Origin: Candidatus Brocadia sp.
GTDB taxonomy: Bacteria; Planctomycetota; Brocadiia; Brocadiales; Brocadiaceae
NCBI GenBank assembly: GCA_021650915.1
Contig: CP091279.1
Span: forward strand, 1,770,001 to 1,802,000
DNA: 32,000 nucleotides
Direction of reading: 5' to 3'
Below, one piece after another: positions 15,447 to 25,053 of the stretch. The translations under genes were made by a program, and so were the position numbers. Under the pieces are notes generated by a model. The model saw nothing but the letters and a program-made list of their open reading frames with translations. It did not search any database and was not told the origin of the DNA. Numbering within the stretch: position 1 is the first letter of the stretch; each line of letters begins with the position of its first letter.

Positions 15447-16450
15447 TCATTCTGTATTGTTTCATTAACACTTACCAACGTACCCTGTAAGGCAAGATCA
15501 ACAATTTTTTCACACAATACGGAGAAAGAGATACCATCTGCCGTTGCTGCCTTAGGCAGTAAGCTTTTTTCGGTAAAACCCGGGATGGTATTCACTTCCA
15601 GTAAATACAACTCATTCTTTCCGTCCAGCAACATGTCTACCCTTGAAAATCCCCTGCACCCAAGCACTCGATGAGCCTGCAGGGCAAGCTTTTGTGCCTC
15701 AGCATAAAGAAAAGGAGGAAGGAAGCCAATGTTGCCGAGCGAATGCTCAGCCTTATTAGCATTTTCCTCAGCAGTTTTTTCCACAATCAGATACTCTGTC
15801 CGGTTATCCTTGTATTTAGCATCGTAATTAAAAAATTCCACTGCCGGTTTAATCTCAATAATTGGCAAGGCCTTGTTCTCTAGTATCCCAACGGTCAATT
15901 CACGTCCTTTTATGTATTTCTCAATAAGCACCTCGTAACCGAAATCAAACGCCTTTTTCAAACCCGCGTGAAGATCCCTGATATCTTTCACTATAGATAT
16001 ACCTATGCTGGAGCCATTTCGTATGGGTTTTAATACCACTGGCAAGCCGAGTCTCAGTATTTCATGCTGTATCTCATGTAATTCCTGAAATTCCGTCACG
16101 GTGACAAACGCTGGTGTTTTGAGACCGGCTTCAACAAAGCAATTTTTTGTTGCTAATTTATCCATAGCGAGCTTGCTGGCGTTAACCCCCGAACCTGTGT
16201 AGGGAATACCCTTTGATTCCAAGAGTTGTTGTACACCCCCGTCTTCGCCAAAATACCCATGTAAAGCGATAAAAGCTACATCTTTTTCCATATTATCAAG
16301 TTCTTCAATCTTCTCATCTTTCACATCAATGCTGGAGACCGTAAAACCGGCGTCCGCTAATGCCTTTACCACTGCATTACCAGAACGCAGTGAAATTTCA
16401 CGTTCAGGAGATATCCCACCCATTAATACCACGACATTTTTTGGTTTCAT
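15434..16450 (-). CDS. ddl: D-alanine--D-alanine ligase
   Basis: 338 aa. VVVLMGGISPEREISLRSG, ALHGYFGEDGGVQQLLE and an ATP-grasp C-terminus (EVNTIPGFTEKSLLPKAA). Confidence 0.92.
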   Translation of the reverse strand: MKPKNVVVLMGGISPEREISLRSGNAVVKALADAGFTVSSIDVKDEKIEELDNMEKDVAFIALHGYFGEDGGVQQLLESKGIPYTGSGVNASKLAMDKLATKNCFVEAGLKTPAFVTVTEFQELHEIQHEILRLGLPVVLKPIRNGSSIGISIVKDIRDLHAGLKKAFDFGYEVLIEKYIKGRELTVGILENKALPIIEIKPAVEFFNYDAKYKDNRTEYLIVEKTAEENANKAEHSLGNIGFLPPFLYAEAQKLALQAHRVLGCRGFSRVDMLLDGKNELYLLEVNTIPGFTEKSLLPKAATADGISFSVLCEKIVDLALQGTLVSVNETIQNECLS

Positions 16451-16466
16451 CCCACACCTCTTCCTT

Positions 16467-17909
16467 TTAGAATCTTGAAACTAAATCATAAGCAACCTTC
16501 CAAACATCGCCAGCCCCCATGGTCATGACAATATCTCCGGGTCTTACGCCCGAGTAAAGCACATTTACAATGTCGCTTAATTGGGGAATGTATTGAATAT
16601 CCATACCCGTATTACGGGTCTCTTCATACAACTTCATGGCATTCATAGCGGTTTTTTCGTAATCATTATCCCGCGTTGCATAAATATCTGCAAGAATAAC
16701 CCGATTCGCATTTTGAAACGACCGTGAAAATTCTTTCAATAAGTGCCGTGTTCTGCTATATTGATGAGGTTGAAACACACACCATATTCTTTTTTCAGGG
16801 TAAAGCTCCCGTGCCGCTCTTAAGGTAACGCGGATCTCGGTCGGATGGTGTGCATAATCGTCAATCACCGTAATGCCATTCCGTGCGCCAATAATCTGGA
16901 ACCGCCGGTTTGCTCCATGAAATAAGGACAACGCGTTTTTTATAGAATCTTTGTCCACTCCAATAAAGGTACAAACAGCAGTCGCCGCCAATGCATTCAA
17001 TACATTATGAGACCCCGGTATCTTTAACGAAATTTCATCAAATAATTTACCGTTATGAAGAACCCTGAATCTTTTCAACCCACTGCCGCCAGAAAGGACT
17101 TCACCATACCAATCAGACGCGTTGCTTAGAGAATAGGTTTCAACCTTACAGTTTGCCTTTTGTACGGCGGCAGCAATATTGTTGTCATTATCATTTACCA
17201 CCAACAAACCCTCTTTTGAAATCGAGGATGCAAAGTCCCCAAAGGCGTGAACTATGGTTTCAATATTTCCGTAATAATCTAAATGATCTTCCTCAATATT
17301 CGTAATAACTCCCACTTGTGGCGTAAGGTTTAAAAACGACCGGTCATATTCACAAGCCTCTGCAACAAATAAATTTCCCTTCCCCAGATGTGCATTGCCA
17401 CCAATATCAGGCACCTCTCCGCCGATAACAAAGGTTGGGTCAAGTCCCGCCGTTTTTAGGATGGTAGAGATCATTGCGCTTGTCGTTGTCTTTCCGTGTG
17501 TACCGCTGATCGCTATGCCACGCTTCTCTTTCATTAATGAACCAAGGATCTGTGAATATTTTACCACTTTTATACCCATCTTACGGGCAGTTTTCAGGTC
17601 AAGGTTATCTTCAGAAATCGATGCTGATACCACTACCATGTCGGTTTCTGACGACATAAAACTCCCGTCTTGCTTGGTATTAATCTTTGCCCCCATTTCT
17701 TCAAGCGTTGAAGTTAACGATGACGTCCGCAAATCAGAACCAGCAACAATGCACCCTTCATGAATAAGGATACGGGCAACGGCACTCATCCCAATACCAC
17801 CAATTCCAATAAAGTATACGCAATGCCCCCGCGAGGGCCGGCAATTAATTTGACTTTCTAACAACGAGGTTGATACCGATGCCATTTTCCCACGCTCTGA
17901 CGCGTTCAT
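16467..17909 (-). CDS. murC: UDP-N-acetylmuramate--L-alanine ligase
   Basis: 480 aa. YFIGIGGIGMSAVARIL, ISGTHGKTTTSAMI and DDYAHHPTEI motifs. Confidence 0.92.
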   Translation of the reverse strand: MNASERGKMASVSTSLLESQINCRPSRGHCVYFIGIGGIGMSAVARILIHEGCIVAGSDLRTSSLTSTLEEMGAKINTKQDGSFMSSETDMVVVSASISEDNLDLKTARKMGIKVVKYSQILGSLMKEKRGIAISGTHGKTTTSAMISTILKTAGLDPTFVIGGEVPDIGGNAHLGKGNLFVAEACEYDRSFLNLTPQVGVITNIEEDHLDYYGNIETIVHAFGDFASSISKEGLLVVNDNDNNIAAAVQKANCKVETYSLSNASDWYGEVLSGGSGLKRFRVLHNGKLFDEISLKIPGSHNVLNALAATAVCTFIGVDKDSIKNALSLFHGANRRFQIIGARNGITVIDDYAHHPTEIRVTLRAARELYPEKRIWCVFQPHQYSRTRHLLKEFSRSFQNANRVILADIYATRDNDYEKTAMNAMKLYEETRNTGMDIQYIPQLSDIVNVLYSGVRPGDIVMTMGAGDVWKVAYDLVSRF

Positions 17910-18164
17910 AATGCGATTCCCTCTTTTGGTCTGAAATACTCTGCTTATTAGTGGAAACGAGTCCCTTGTTTACTACTCAACGCTCTATTTCATCTTTTGT
18001 ATGTAAAACCGTTTACCGGTTAAACTCGTGAGTAGGGTAGGTCAAGACGTTGTTTTTTCTACGCCGAATTCCCTTCCTGGTATCTGAAAATGGCGGGCGC
18101 TCACCCCTTCACCTACCCTGCAGTAAACCCGCACAAGGAGAAAGAAAATTCCTATCCCATAAAA

Positions 18165-19289
18165 TCAACCAACAATCAACGCAAATTGCGCACTCTTTAG
18201 ACCAATTAGCCTGCACATATTGTCCACAACATTTGAAGCCGCATTCGGAATTCCCATTTTTCTGCTGAACATCCTCATCCTATCATACTTCTCTTTATTA
18301 TCAAGGATGTCGGTGACCAGTTCTATGATTTTTTCCGGCGTTAAGTCAAGCTGCTGTAATAGATACCCTCCTCCGTTACTTACCAGTTCCATTGCATTCC
18401 AATATTGGTGGTTGTCTGCCGCGTGAGGATAGGGTATTAAGATTGCGGGAATACCGACTGCGGTAATTTCCGCAATGGTAGTTGCGCCAGCTCTGCAAAT
18501 AACGATATCTGCCATACTAAACGCGGCTCCCATATCATCAAGAAAACTGCAAACAAATACATCCATCTTCGTTTTTTTATATGCAGCCTTTGCAATATCA
18601 TACCCGTATTCACCGGTACAGTGAATAATCTGCAGGTCATTTTGCAAAGATTCCAGCTTTGGCAAGCACCGCAAGAACGTTTCGTTGATCGCCTGTGCAC
18701 CCTGACTGCCGCCGGTAATCAGTATCGTTTTTTTGGAAGCGCTGAGACCAAACTTCTCAGCAGAACGTATTTTTTTACTGGACAGAATATCCTTCCGAAT
18801 CGGCGTCCCTGTCACACGAACAACCTTTGCTTTGGTAAACCACTTGAGCGGCCCACGCCAATGGCAATACACCTCATCAACCCATCGGGACAAAAATCGA
18901 TTTGCCTTTCCCGGAATCACATTTTGTTCAAGTATTACAGAAGAAATGCCAAGCAATTTCGCTGCAATAACCGGAGCAACGGAGGTATACCCACCCAGAC
19001 CGACTACGATGTCAGGGTTAAAATTCCTTACCGCAAAGAGTGCATCAAAAATACCCAGCAACAGGGAACCAACGCAGGCAAGCCGATGTTTCAGGGATTT
19101 CCCCCATTTCACTGCCCTCACCTGGCAATAGCGGTACCCCTTCTGTTCCACACATCGCCGCTCAAATTTTTTATCAGATCCAAAAAACACGATCTCTGCA
19201 TCATGAAACCTGGAGCGAATCTCTTCTGCTGCACTTAATCCAACCATTAGATGCCCGCCTGTACCACCCCCTGCAAAAATTACTTTCAT
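18165..19289 (-). CDS. murG: Undecaprenyldiphospho-muramoylpentapeptide beta-N-acetylglucosaminyltransferase
   Basis: 374 aa. MKVIFAGGGTGGH, ITGGSQGA, and a C-terminal RAGATTIAEITAVGIPAILIPYP. Confidence 0.92.
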   Translation of the reverse strand: MKVIFAGGGTGGHLMVGLSAAEEIRSRFHDAEIVFFGSDKKFERRCVEQKGYRYCQVRAVKWGKSLKHRLACVGSLLLGIFDALFAVRNFNPDIVVGLGGYTSVAPVIAAKLLGISSVILEQNVIPGKANRFLSRWVDEVYCHWRGPLKWFTKAKVVRVTGTPIRKDILSSKKIRSAEKFGLSASKKTILITGGSQGAQAINETFLRCLPKLESLQNDLQIIHCTGEYGYDIAKAAYKKTKMDVFVCSFLDDMGAAFSMADIVICRAGATTIAEITAVGIPAILIPYPHAADNHQYWNAMELVSNGGGYLLQQLDLTPEKIIELVTDILDNKEKYDRMRMFSRKMGIPNAASNVVDNMCRLIGLKSAQFALIVG

Positions 19290-19406
19290 TTTTTCATACC
19301 CCTTTTTTTATACAAAATGCGGTACAAAAACTAAACACTTATGACGCATTACGAAACCATAATACGTTTAAAATTTACACAGAACCCCACCCGCCTTGTT
19401 TGTTTC

Positions 19407-20606
19407 TCACCAGGAAAAACCAGCTACCTTCGATGTTATTTTAGACCAAACCCTGAGTGGTAATATTCTATCAAGCTTGCCTTCCGACAGGTCTCCCTTA
19501 TCTGTTGGCAGGCTTATCGTTTCACCTGCCGACGATTGCCTGGCTATATTAACCAGGACACCAACCCCTATCATGGAAAATAGCAAAGATGACCCACCGG
19601 AACTGATGAAAGGCAAGGGAATACCTTTTGTTGGCACGGCACCTGAAACAACAGCAATGTTAAGCATCGCCTGTAATCCGAACATCATCGTAATCCCAAA
19701 CCCTAAAAAAAAACCGAACACATCTTTCGCTGCATGCACAATCTTTAATCCCTGCCACAAGAACAGCAGGAAGAGTCCAATAACACAGATCACCCCAAGA
19801 AAACCAAACTCCTCTCCTATGATGGTAAATATAAAATCACTATTGCTCTCCGGCAAAAAAAAGAGTTTTTGTCTGCTGTTTCCCAGCCCTAATCCCGTCA
19901 ACCCTCCGGAACCAAGGGCAATCCACGACTGAATTATCTGATATCCCGTTCCAGAAGGGTCCTTCCACGGATCGAGAAATGCCAATAATCTGACTTTTCT
20001 AAACTGAACATCAAACAACATTTTATGGATGCATGGCGCAAGAGCCATAGCAGTAAAGAACACGTAAATAACCCGTGCCCCGCCAACAACAAGCATCATC
20101 ATTGACAGAAGTGCAATAAATGCGGCAGTCCCGAAATCAGGCTCCTTCAATATCAGGGCGCTTGTTGCTGCGGTGATACCCATGGGAATGACGAAACCAT
20201 AGAGAAACGCAGACATCCGACCCTGATTTTTCGCAATGTAATTCGAAACAAAGATAATCATTGCCAATTTTGCAAATTCGGACGGTTGAATGCCCACGAT
20301 ACGGTTGAGACGAATCCATCTCCGGGCACCATTGGTAACCGTACCTATCCCCGGCAAGAGTACGAGCACAAGAAGGACAAAAGACACAATAAGGATAGGC
20401 ATACTTAACTTCTGCAAGTAATGATAATCGATCTTTGACATGGTCACTAAGAATGAGGAACCTACGCCAATCCATAAAATATGTTTTATGAATTGATAAC
20501 CAGTTCCGGATGACCCGGAAGTCGTCATATCTGTGCTGTATACCGTAACAACACTAAACCCCAACAGAACAACCATAACATAGATGATAACGCGCCACGG
20601 CTTCAC
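19407..20606 (-). CDS. ftsW: SEDS-family peptidoglycan glycosyltransferase / cell division protein FtsW
   Basis: Polytopic ORF with PSEFAKLAMIIF and LPESNSDFIFTIIGEEFGF motifs. The preferred start is GTG at 20606, preceded by AAGGGGA 8 nt upstream and lying just after the mraY stop. The track ORF uses TTG at 20642. Confidence 0.88.
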   Translation of the reverse strand: MKPWRVIIYVMVVLLGFSVVTVYSTDMTTSGSSGTGYQFIKHILWIGVGSSFLVTMSKIDYHYLQKLSMPILIVSFVLLVLVLLPGIGTVTNGARRWIRLNRIVGIQPSEFAKLAMIIFVSNYIAKNQGRMSAFLYGFVIPMGITAATSALILKEPDFGTAAFIALLSMMMLVVGGARVIYVFFTAMALAPCIHKMLFDVQFRKVRLLAFLDPWKDPSGTGYQIIQSWIALGSGGLTGLGLGNSRQKLFFLPESNSDFIFTIIGEEFGFLGVICVIGLFLLFLWQGLKIVHAAKDVFGFFLGFGITMMFGLQAMLNIAVVSGAVPTKGIPLPFISSGGSSLLFSMIGVGVLVNIARQSSAGETISLPTDKGDLSEGKLDRILPLRVWSKITSKVAGFSW

Positions 20607-20619
20607 CAGGAGATCCCCT

Positions 20620-21696
20620 TTACAATAACATAAAACTACCAACTGCCAGCAAGGCAGTGATCACCCAAAACCTGATCGTCACCTTCGACTCATGCCAGCC
20701 TTTAAACTGGAAGTGATGATGCAAGGGAGCACAACGGAAAATCCTTTTTTTTGTCATCTTATAGAAGGACACTTGCATGAGGACAGAAACTGCTTCCGCA
20801 ATAAAGATGCCACCAATAATAATCATGAGCACCTCTTGTTTTACAATAATCGCAACTAACCCTAGCACCCCCCCTAAGGTGAGTGATCCGGTATCCCCCA
20901 TAAAAACTTGTGCGGGAAAACAGTTATACCACAAGAACCCCAGGCCGCCTCCCACAAGTGCAGCACAAAAAACACTCAGTTCCCCACTGCCGGGAATATA
21001 GGGAATCCTTAAATAATCACTAAAATCCACCCTGCCTGAAAGATAGGCAATAATGGCAAAAGCTATTCCCGCAATAATGCCGCATCCTATTGCCAGGCCA
21101 TCCAGACCATCCGTAAGATTCACGGCATTTGACATCCCCACGATAAAAAAAGCGACCACGATAACGTAAAAAGGCCCTAAATCAGGCTGAAAATCTTTCA
21201 TCAAAGGAATAACAAGGTGTGTTCCCCAGGTAAATTTTTTCATGTGAAAATATAATATCAATCCCAAAATAAGCCCTAACGCTGACTGAAACAATAATTT
21301 TGAAATATCCGTCAGGCCTGCGGCCTTCGACTGTGTCAGCTTAATATAATCATCGATAAACCCAAGGACACCGAACCATATCAGGGTAAACAGGAGCAAC
21401 AGGATATATTCATTATATAGATTACACCAAAGGAGCGTCGAAACTACTATGGCTGCAATAACAATAATTCCCCCCATGGTCGGGGTATTTTTTTTGTCAG
21501 AATGCATACGTTTGAGCTCTTCTGAGTCAGTTTTTGAGGTATCTTCGCCTACCTTTAACGCCCGAAGCCTTTTGATGAACCACTGACCAAAAAATATACT
21601 GATACAAAATGCAGTAAAAGCCGCCAGACAGGAGCGAGAAGAAATGTATTTGAAAATTTCCAGCGAACTTACTGATGAAAACAGATGGTATAGCAA
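20620..21696 (-). CDS. mraY: Phospho-N-acetylmuramoyl-pentapeptide transferase
   Basis: 358 aa. NAVNLTDGLDGLA, PAQVFMGDTGSLTLGG and APLHHHF motifs. Confidence 0.93.
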   Translation of the reverse strand: MLYHLFSSVSSLEIFKYISSRSCLAAFTAFCISIFFGQWFIKRLRALKVGEDTSKTDSEELKRMHSDKKNTPTMGGIIVIAAIVVSTLLWCNLYNEYILLLLFTLIWFGVLGFIDDYIKLTQSKAAGLTDISKLLFQSALGLILGLILYFHMKKFTWGTHLVIPLMKDFQPDLGPFYVIVVAFFIVGMSNAVNLTDGLDGLAIGCGIIAGIAFAIIAYLSGRVDFSDYLRIPYIPGSGELSVFCAALVGGGLGFLWYNCFPAQVFMGDTGSLTLGGVLGLVAIIVKQEVLMIIIGGIFIAEAVSVLMQVSFYKMTKKRIFRCAPLHHHFQFKGWHESKVTIRFWVITALLAVGSFMLL

Positions 21697-21730
21697 AGCC
21701 CTCTCACCTTTTTAACAGAATCTTAGTGAA

Positions 21731-23149
21731 CTAAATCCCAATTAAAGCATCTGACGTTGAATGAATGCACCCTTTCCGCGCCATTTTGTACTTCTCGATG
21801 ATTTTTTCCATATGCATCCCCCGGGAACCCTTGATTAACACCGTATCATCTTCCCTGAATTCGTTCATTTCGGAAACAGTAATATCAGCCACATCCTGAA
21901 AGCTCAGGACACACCGCTCCGGCATACCGGCCAATTTTGCCGCCTTTGCAATTTCCGCAGCATATTTTCCTACCGTCCACAATGCATCAATGCCGAGACC
22001 GGCAACCCTTTCCCCTATTTCTCTATGGAATTGAACCGCCTTAGTTCCTAATTCCAGCATATCGCCACAAATAAACACCTTTCTGCCCTTCACATCAATC
22101 TCTTTAAGATAATCCAGCGCTGCCCGAACTGATTCAGGGTTTGCATTGTATGCATCATTAATAAAGGTAATGTTTCCCATGCGTTGATGCTCAATTCTCA
22201 TGTGCGGAAGCCGAAAGGAAGAAAACACTTCTTTTGGCTGATAAATATCATGGCCTAATGCATGGCAAACCGCAAAAGACGCCAAACAGTTATTGATATT
22301 GTGATATCCGGGAACGGGAAGATACATTTCAAGGCGTTCGTTAATTACCAAACGATATCCAGCGCCTTCTTTCTTTGCGTTTGTACATCGTATCTGCGCA
22401 TGAGGGCTAAAACCGAAGCTTACTTTTTTCCCTTTAAATCCATCGGCAATCCTAACACACCAGAGATTATCAGCATTATATACAAATGCCCCTTCCCTGC
22501 TGAGATTTTCCAGTATTTCCCCTTTTGCCGATGCAACCCCCTCGATACTTCCAAGACCTTCCAGGTGCGTTTGAGAAACATTCAGAATTACCGCAACCTC
22601 TGGCGCGCCAATTTCAGACAGACGTCGTATTTCCCCCGGTGCATTTGTACCCATTTCAAGTATCCCATATTGATGCTTATTTTCTATTTCAAATATTGAT
22701 ACCGGCACACCAATATAATTATTAAAGCTCTTCTGCGACCGCACCCCCGAGCCAAAATGTGACAGCACATGATACGTCATTTCTTTTGTAGTTGTTTTTC
22801 CGTTACTTCCGGTAATAGCAATAATCCTTGTCGGTAATTTTTTGCGGTAATACCTTGCCAAATCTCCAAGCGCGGTTACCGTTTCTTTTACACGAATCAG
22901 CGGAAAATGCACCTCTCCCCAATCAATGTTCTCAGAACATGAAACCACGGCGCACACGGCCCCGGACTTTACCGCCGGTACGACGTAGCGGTGGCCATCA
23001 ACACGTTCCCCTTGCAGGGCAAAAAAAATATCACCGGTTTGAACGGTTCGACTGTCTGTCGAAACACCGGTTACCCGCACGTTTTTTCCGCCAGACAATG
23101 TTTGCCCGTCGACAGCCTCTACAATTTCACTGAAATACAGGGCTTCCAT
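21731..23149 (-). CDS. murF: UDP-N-acetylmuramoyl-tripeptide--D-alanyl-D-alanine ligase
   Basis: 472 aa. ITGSNGKTTTKEM, NDAYNANPES and VLIKGSRGMHMEKI. Confidence 0.9.
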   Translation of the reverse strand: MEALYFSEIVEAVDGQTLSGGKNVRVTGVSTDSRTVQTGDIFFALQGERVDGHRYVVPAVKSGAVCAVVSCSENIDWGEVHFPLIRVKETVTALGDLARYYRKKLPTRIIAITGSNGKTTTKEMTYHVLSHFGSGVRSQKSFNNYIGVPVSIFEIENKHQYGILEMGTNAPGEIRRLSEIGAPEVAVILNVSQTHLEGLGSIEGVASAKGEILENLSREGAFVYNADNLWCVRIADGFKGKKVSFGFSPHAQIRCTNAKKEGAGYRLVINERLEMYLPVPGYHNINNCLASFAVCHALGHDIYQPKEVFSSFRLPHMRIEHQRMGNITFINDAYNANPESVRAALDYLKEIDVKGRKVFICGDMLELGTKAVQFHREIGERVAGLGIDALWTVGKYAAEIAKAAKLAGMPERCVLSFQDVADITVSEMNEFREDDTVLIKGSRGMHMEKIIEKYKMARKGCIHSTSDALIGI

Positions 23150-24638
23150 ACGTATTTTGTTTTTTGCTCTCCGATACCATACTACTCTGCAACGTTTGCC
23201 TTACAACCTCACGATCGTCAAAGGGAATGGTAACTCCTTTTGTTATCTGACCTTGCTCATGGCCCTTTCCTGCAATAATGACGACATCGTCCTTTTTTGC
23301 TTCTGAAATTGCCTCTTTAATGGCAGCCTTTCTATCAGCCTGTATCCGGAAACAAGCTTCTTTCTTTACTCCTCCCTGAATCTCACGGATAATATCGCCA
23401 GGATCTTCTGAACGGGGATTATCACTGGTTATCCAAAAAAGGTCTGAATATTTTCCTGCAATATGCCCCATCTTGGGCCTTTTTTTTCGGTCTCTGTCCC
23501 CACCACATCCGAAGACCAGGATAAGACGTCCTTTCGTAACCTCCCGAAGGGTACGTAAGACTATTTGAAGCGCCTGATGGGTATGGGCGAAATCAACATA
23601 AACAGAGTAGTCCTGTCCGCAATCAACCCTTTCCAGGCGTCCGGGTACCGCAGGCAACAATTCAATACCGGTTTTTACAGTATCCAGGGTGAAACCCAAT
23701 GCCAACCCATTTGCAGCTGCCGCCAGTGCGTTATAAACGTTATGCTTCCCGATCAACGGTAGTTGTATCGGTATTTTCCCCCAGGGAGAATTCAGTAAGA
23801 TTCGTGTTGTAGAAACGCCTGCCTGAAGTATCTCGGCCGTTACCTCTGCACCCTTTTTTTTTATCCCATACCACACTACCTGGGCATTTGTGCATTCGGA
23901 AAAATGTTTGCTGGCATTATCATCAGCATTCAATATTGCGATCCCCCCTGAACTCAATCCCTTAAACAGTTTAAGCTTTTCGGCTCTATAATTCCGTATA
24001 TGCATATGATAATCAAGGTGCTCGACAGATAAATTCGTAAAAATTGCCGAACGAAAACAAACCCCTTCGACACGATACTGAGAAAGCGCATGAGAAGATA
24101 CTTCTATTATAGCATATCGTATACCTGATTCGAGCATCTCAGCAAAATACCGATGCAATTCGACCGATTCAGGGGTGGTTTCCTGTGCCGGGATTACTCG
24201 CTTGCCTATCTGATGCTGAATCGTGCCGATCAGTCCTGTTTCATTGCCGGAGGCATCGATGATGGACTTTGTAAAATAGGAAGTCGTTGTTTTACCGTTC
24301 GTCCCGGTAATGCCAATCACTTCCATCCGTAAAGAAGGTTCTCCGTAAAAACGGTTACTCATGACTGCCAACGCATAACGCGTATTCGTTACCACAATCT
24401 GGGGTATTGGCGAAGACAGCTCGATCTTTTTTTCCACAACAAGGGCAACAGCGCCTTGCGCACTTGCTTGCAAACCGAAATCATGTCCGTCTACCTTATA
24501 GCCTTTTATAGCAACAAACACGTAACCCTTTTTTACTCTCCGGGAATCGTGAGTTATCCCCTGCACTTCTGTCTCGACGAAATCAAAAGAGTTGCATTCT
24601 TTCAAACAGGAACACAGCTCACTTAATTTGATAAACAT
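23127..24638 (-). CDS. murE: UDP-N-acetylmuramoyl-L-alanyl-D-glutamate--2,6-diaminopimelate ligase
   Basis: 503 aa. ITGTNGKTTTSYF, VDFAHTHQAL and ITSDNPRSEDP (the DNPR motif associated with meso-DAP specificity). Confidence 0.9.
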   Translation of the reverse strand: MFIKLSELCSCLKECNSFDFVETEVQGITHDSRRVKKGYVFVAIKGYKVDGHDFGLQASAQGAVALVVEKKIELSSPIPQIVVTNTRYALAVMSNRFYGEPSLRMEVIGITGTNGKTTTSYFTKSIIDASGNETGLIGTIQHQIGKRVIPAQETTPESVELHRYFAEMLESGIRYAIIEVSSHALSQYRVEGVCFRSAIFTNLSVEHLDYHMHIRNYRAEKLKLFKGLSSGGIAILNADDNASKHFSECTNAQVVWYGIKKKGAEVTAEILQAGVSTTRILLNSPWGKIPIQLPLIGKHNVYNALAAAANGLALGFTLDTVKTGIELLPAVPGRLERVDCGQDYSVYVDFAHTHQALQIVLRTLREVTKGRLILVFGCGGDRDRKKRPKMGHIAGKYSDLFWITSDNPRSEDPGDIIREIQGGVKKEACFRIQADRKAAIKEAISEAKKDDVVIIAGKGHEQGQITKGVTIPFDDREVVRQTLQSSMVSESKKQNTYGSPVFQ

Positions 24639-24917
24639 TTACTTTGCTTTCTGTAGAATTCCACTTTTCCTTTGAGACGGGAAAAAATTTATTTTCAATG
24701 TCGCATCAAAACCTTGTGTTTTCTCCCCTCCTGGCCTGATAATTCGTTCATTTAAACATCTCGCTTTGTTAACCCTGTCTATTTCCCCGGCATATTCTCG
24801 TAAAAGTTTATCCAGAACTTCCCGGTTGTGAGTCAGTGATACAGCAAGCTCTTTTTCAGTTTTATGTAAATTATATCTTAAAACGAGATTCTGTTTTTCC
24901 ATTTCTTTCTGCATCAT
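24639..24917 (-). CDS. Hypothetical 92-aa protein (predicted helical/coiled-coil N-terminus, no TM) inserted between ftsI and murE
   Basis: ATGATG start preceded by GAGGAGG about 5-8 nt upstream. The stop TAA (24639-41) directly abuts the murE ATG (24638). I recognise no family. Confidence 0.5.
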   Translation of the reverse strand: MMQKEMEKQNLVLRYNLHKTEKELAVSLTHNREVLDKLLREYAGEIDRVNKARCLNERIIRPGGEKTQGFDATLKINFFPSQRKSGILQKAK

Positions 24918-25053
24918 CTTTTCCTCCTCGATTCAGATCAACAAGCCGCCACAATATTGCATTTGATTTATCACAGAGATTCTTGCTTTTCCACGGCGTT
25001 AGAATCGCCTTGTCGCCCTCTTCTCATACAAACAACGCATGAATTTATCCCAA

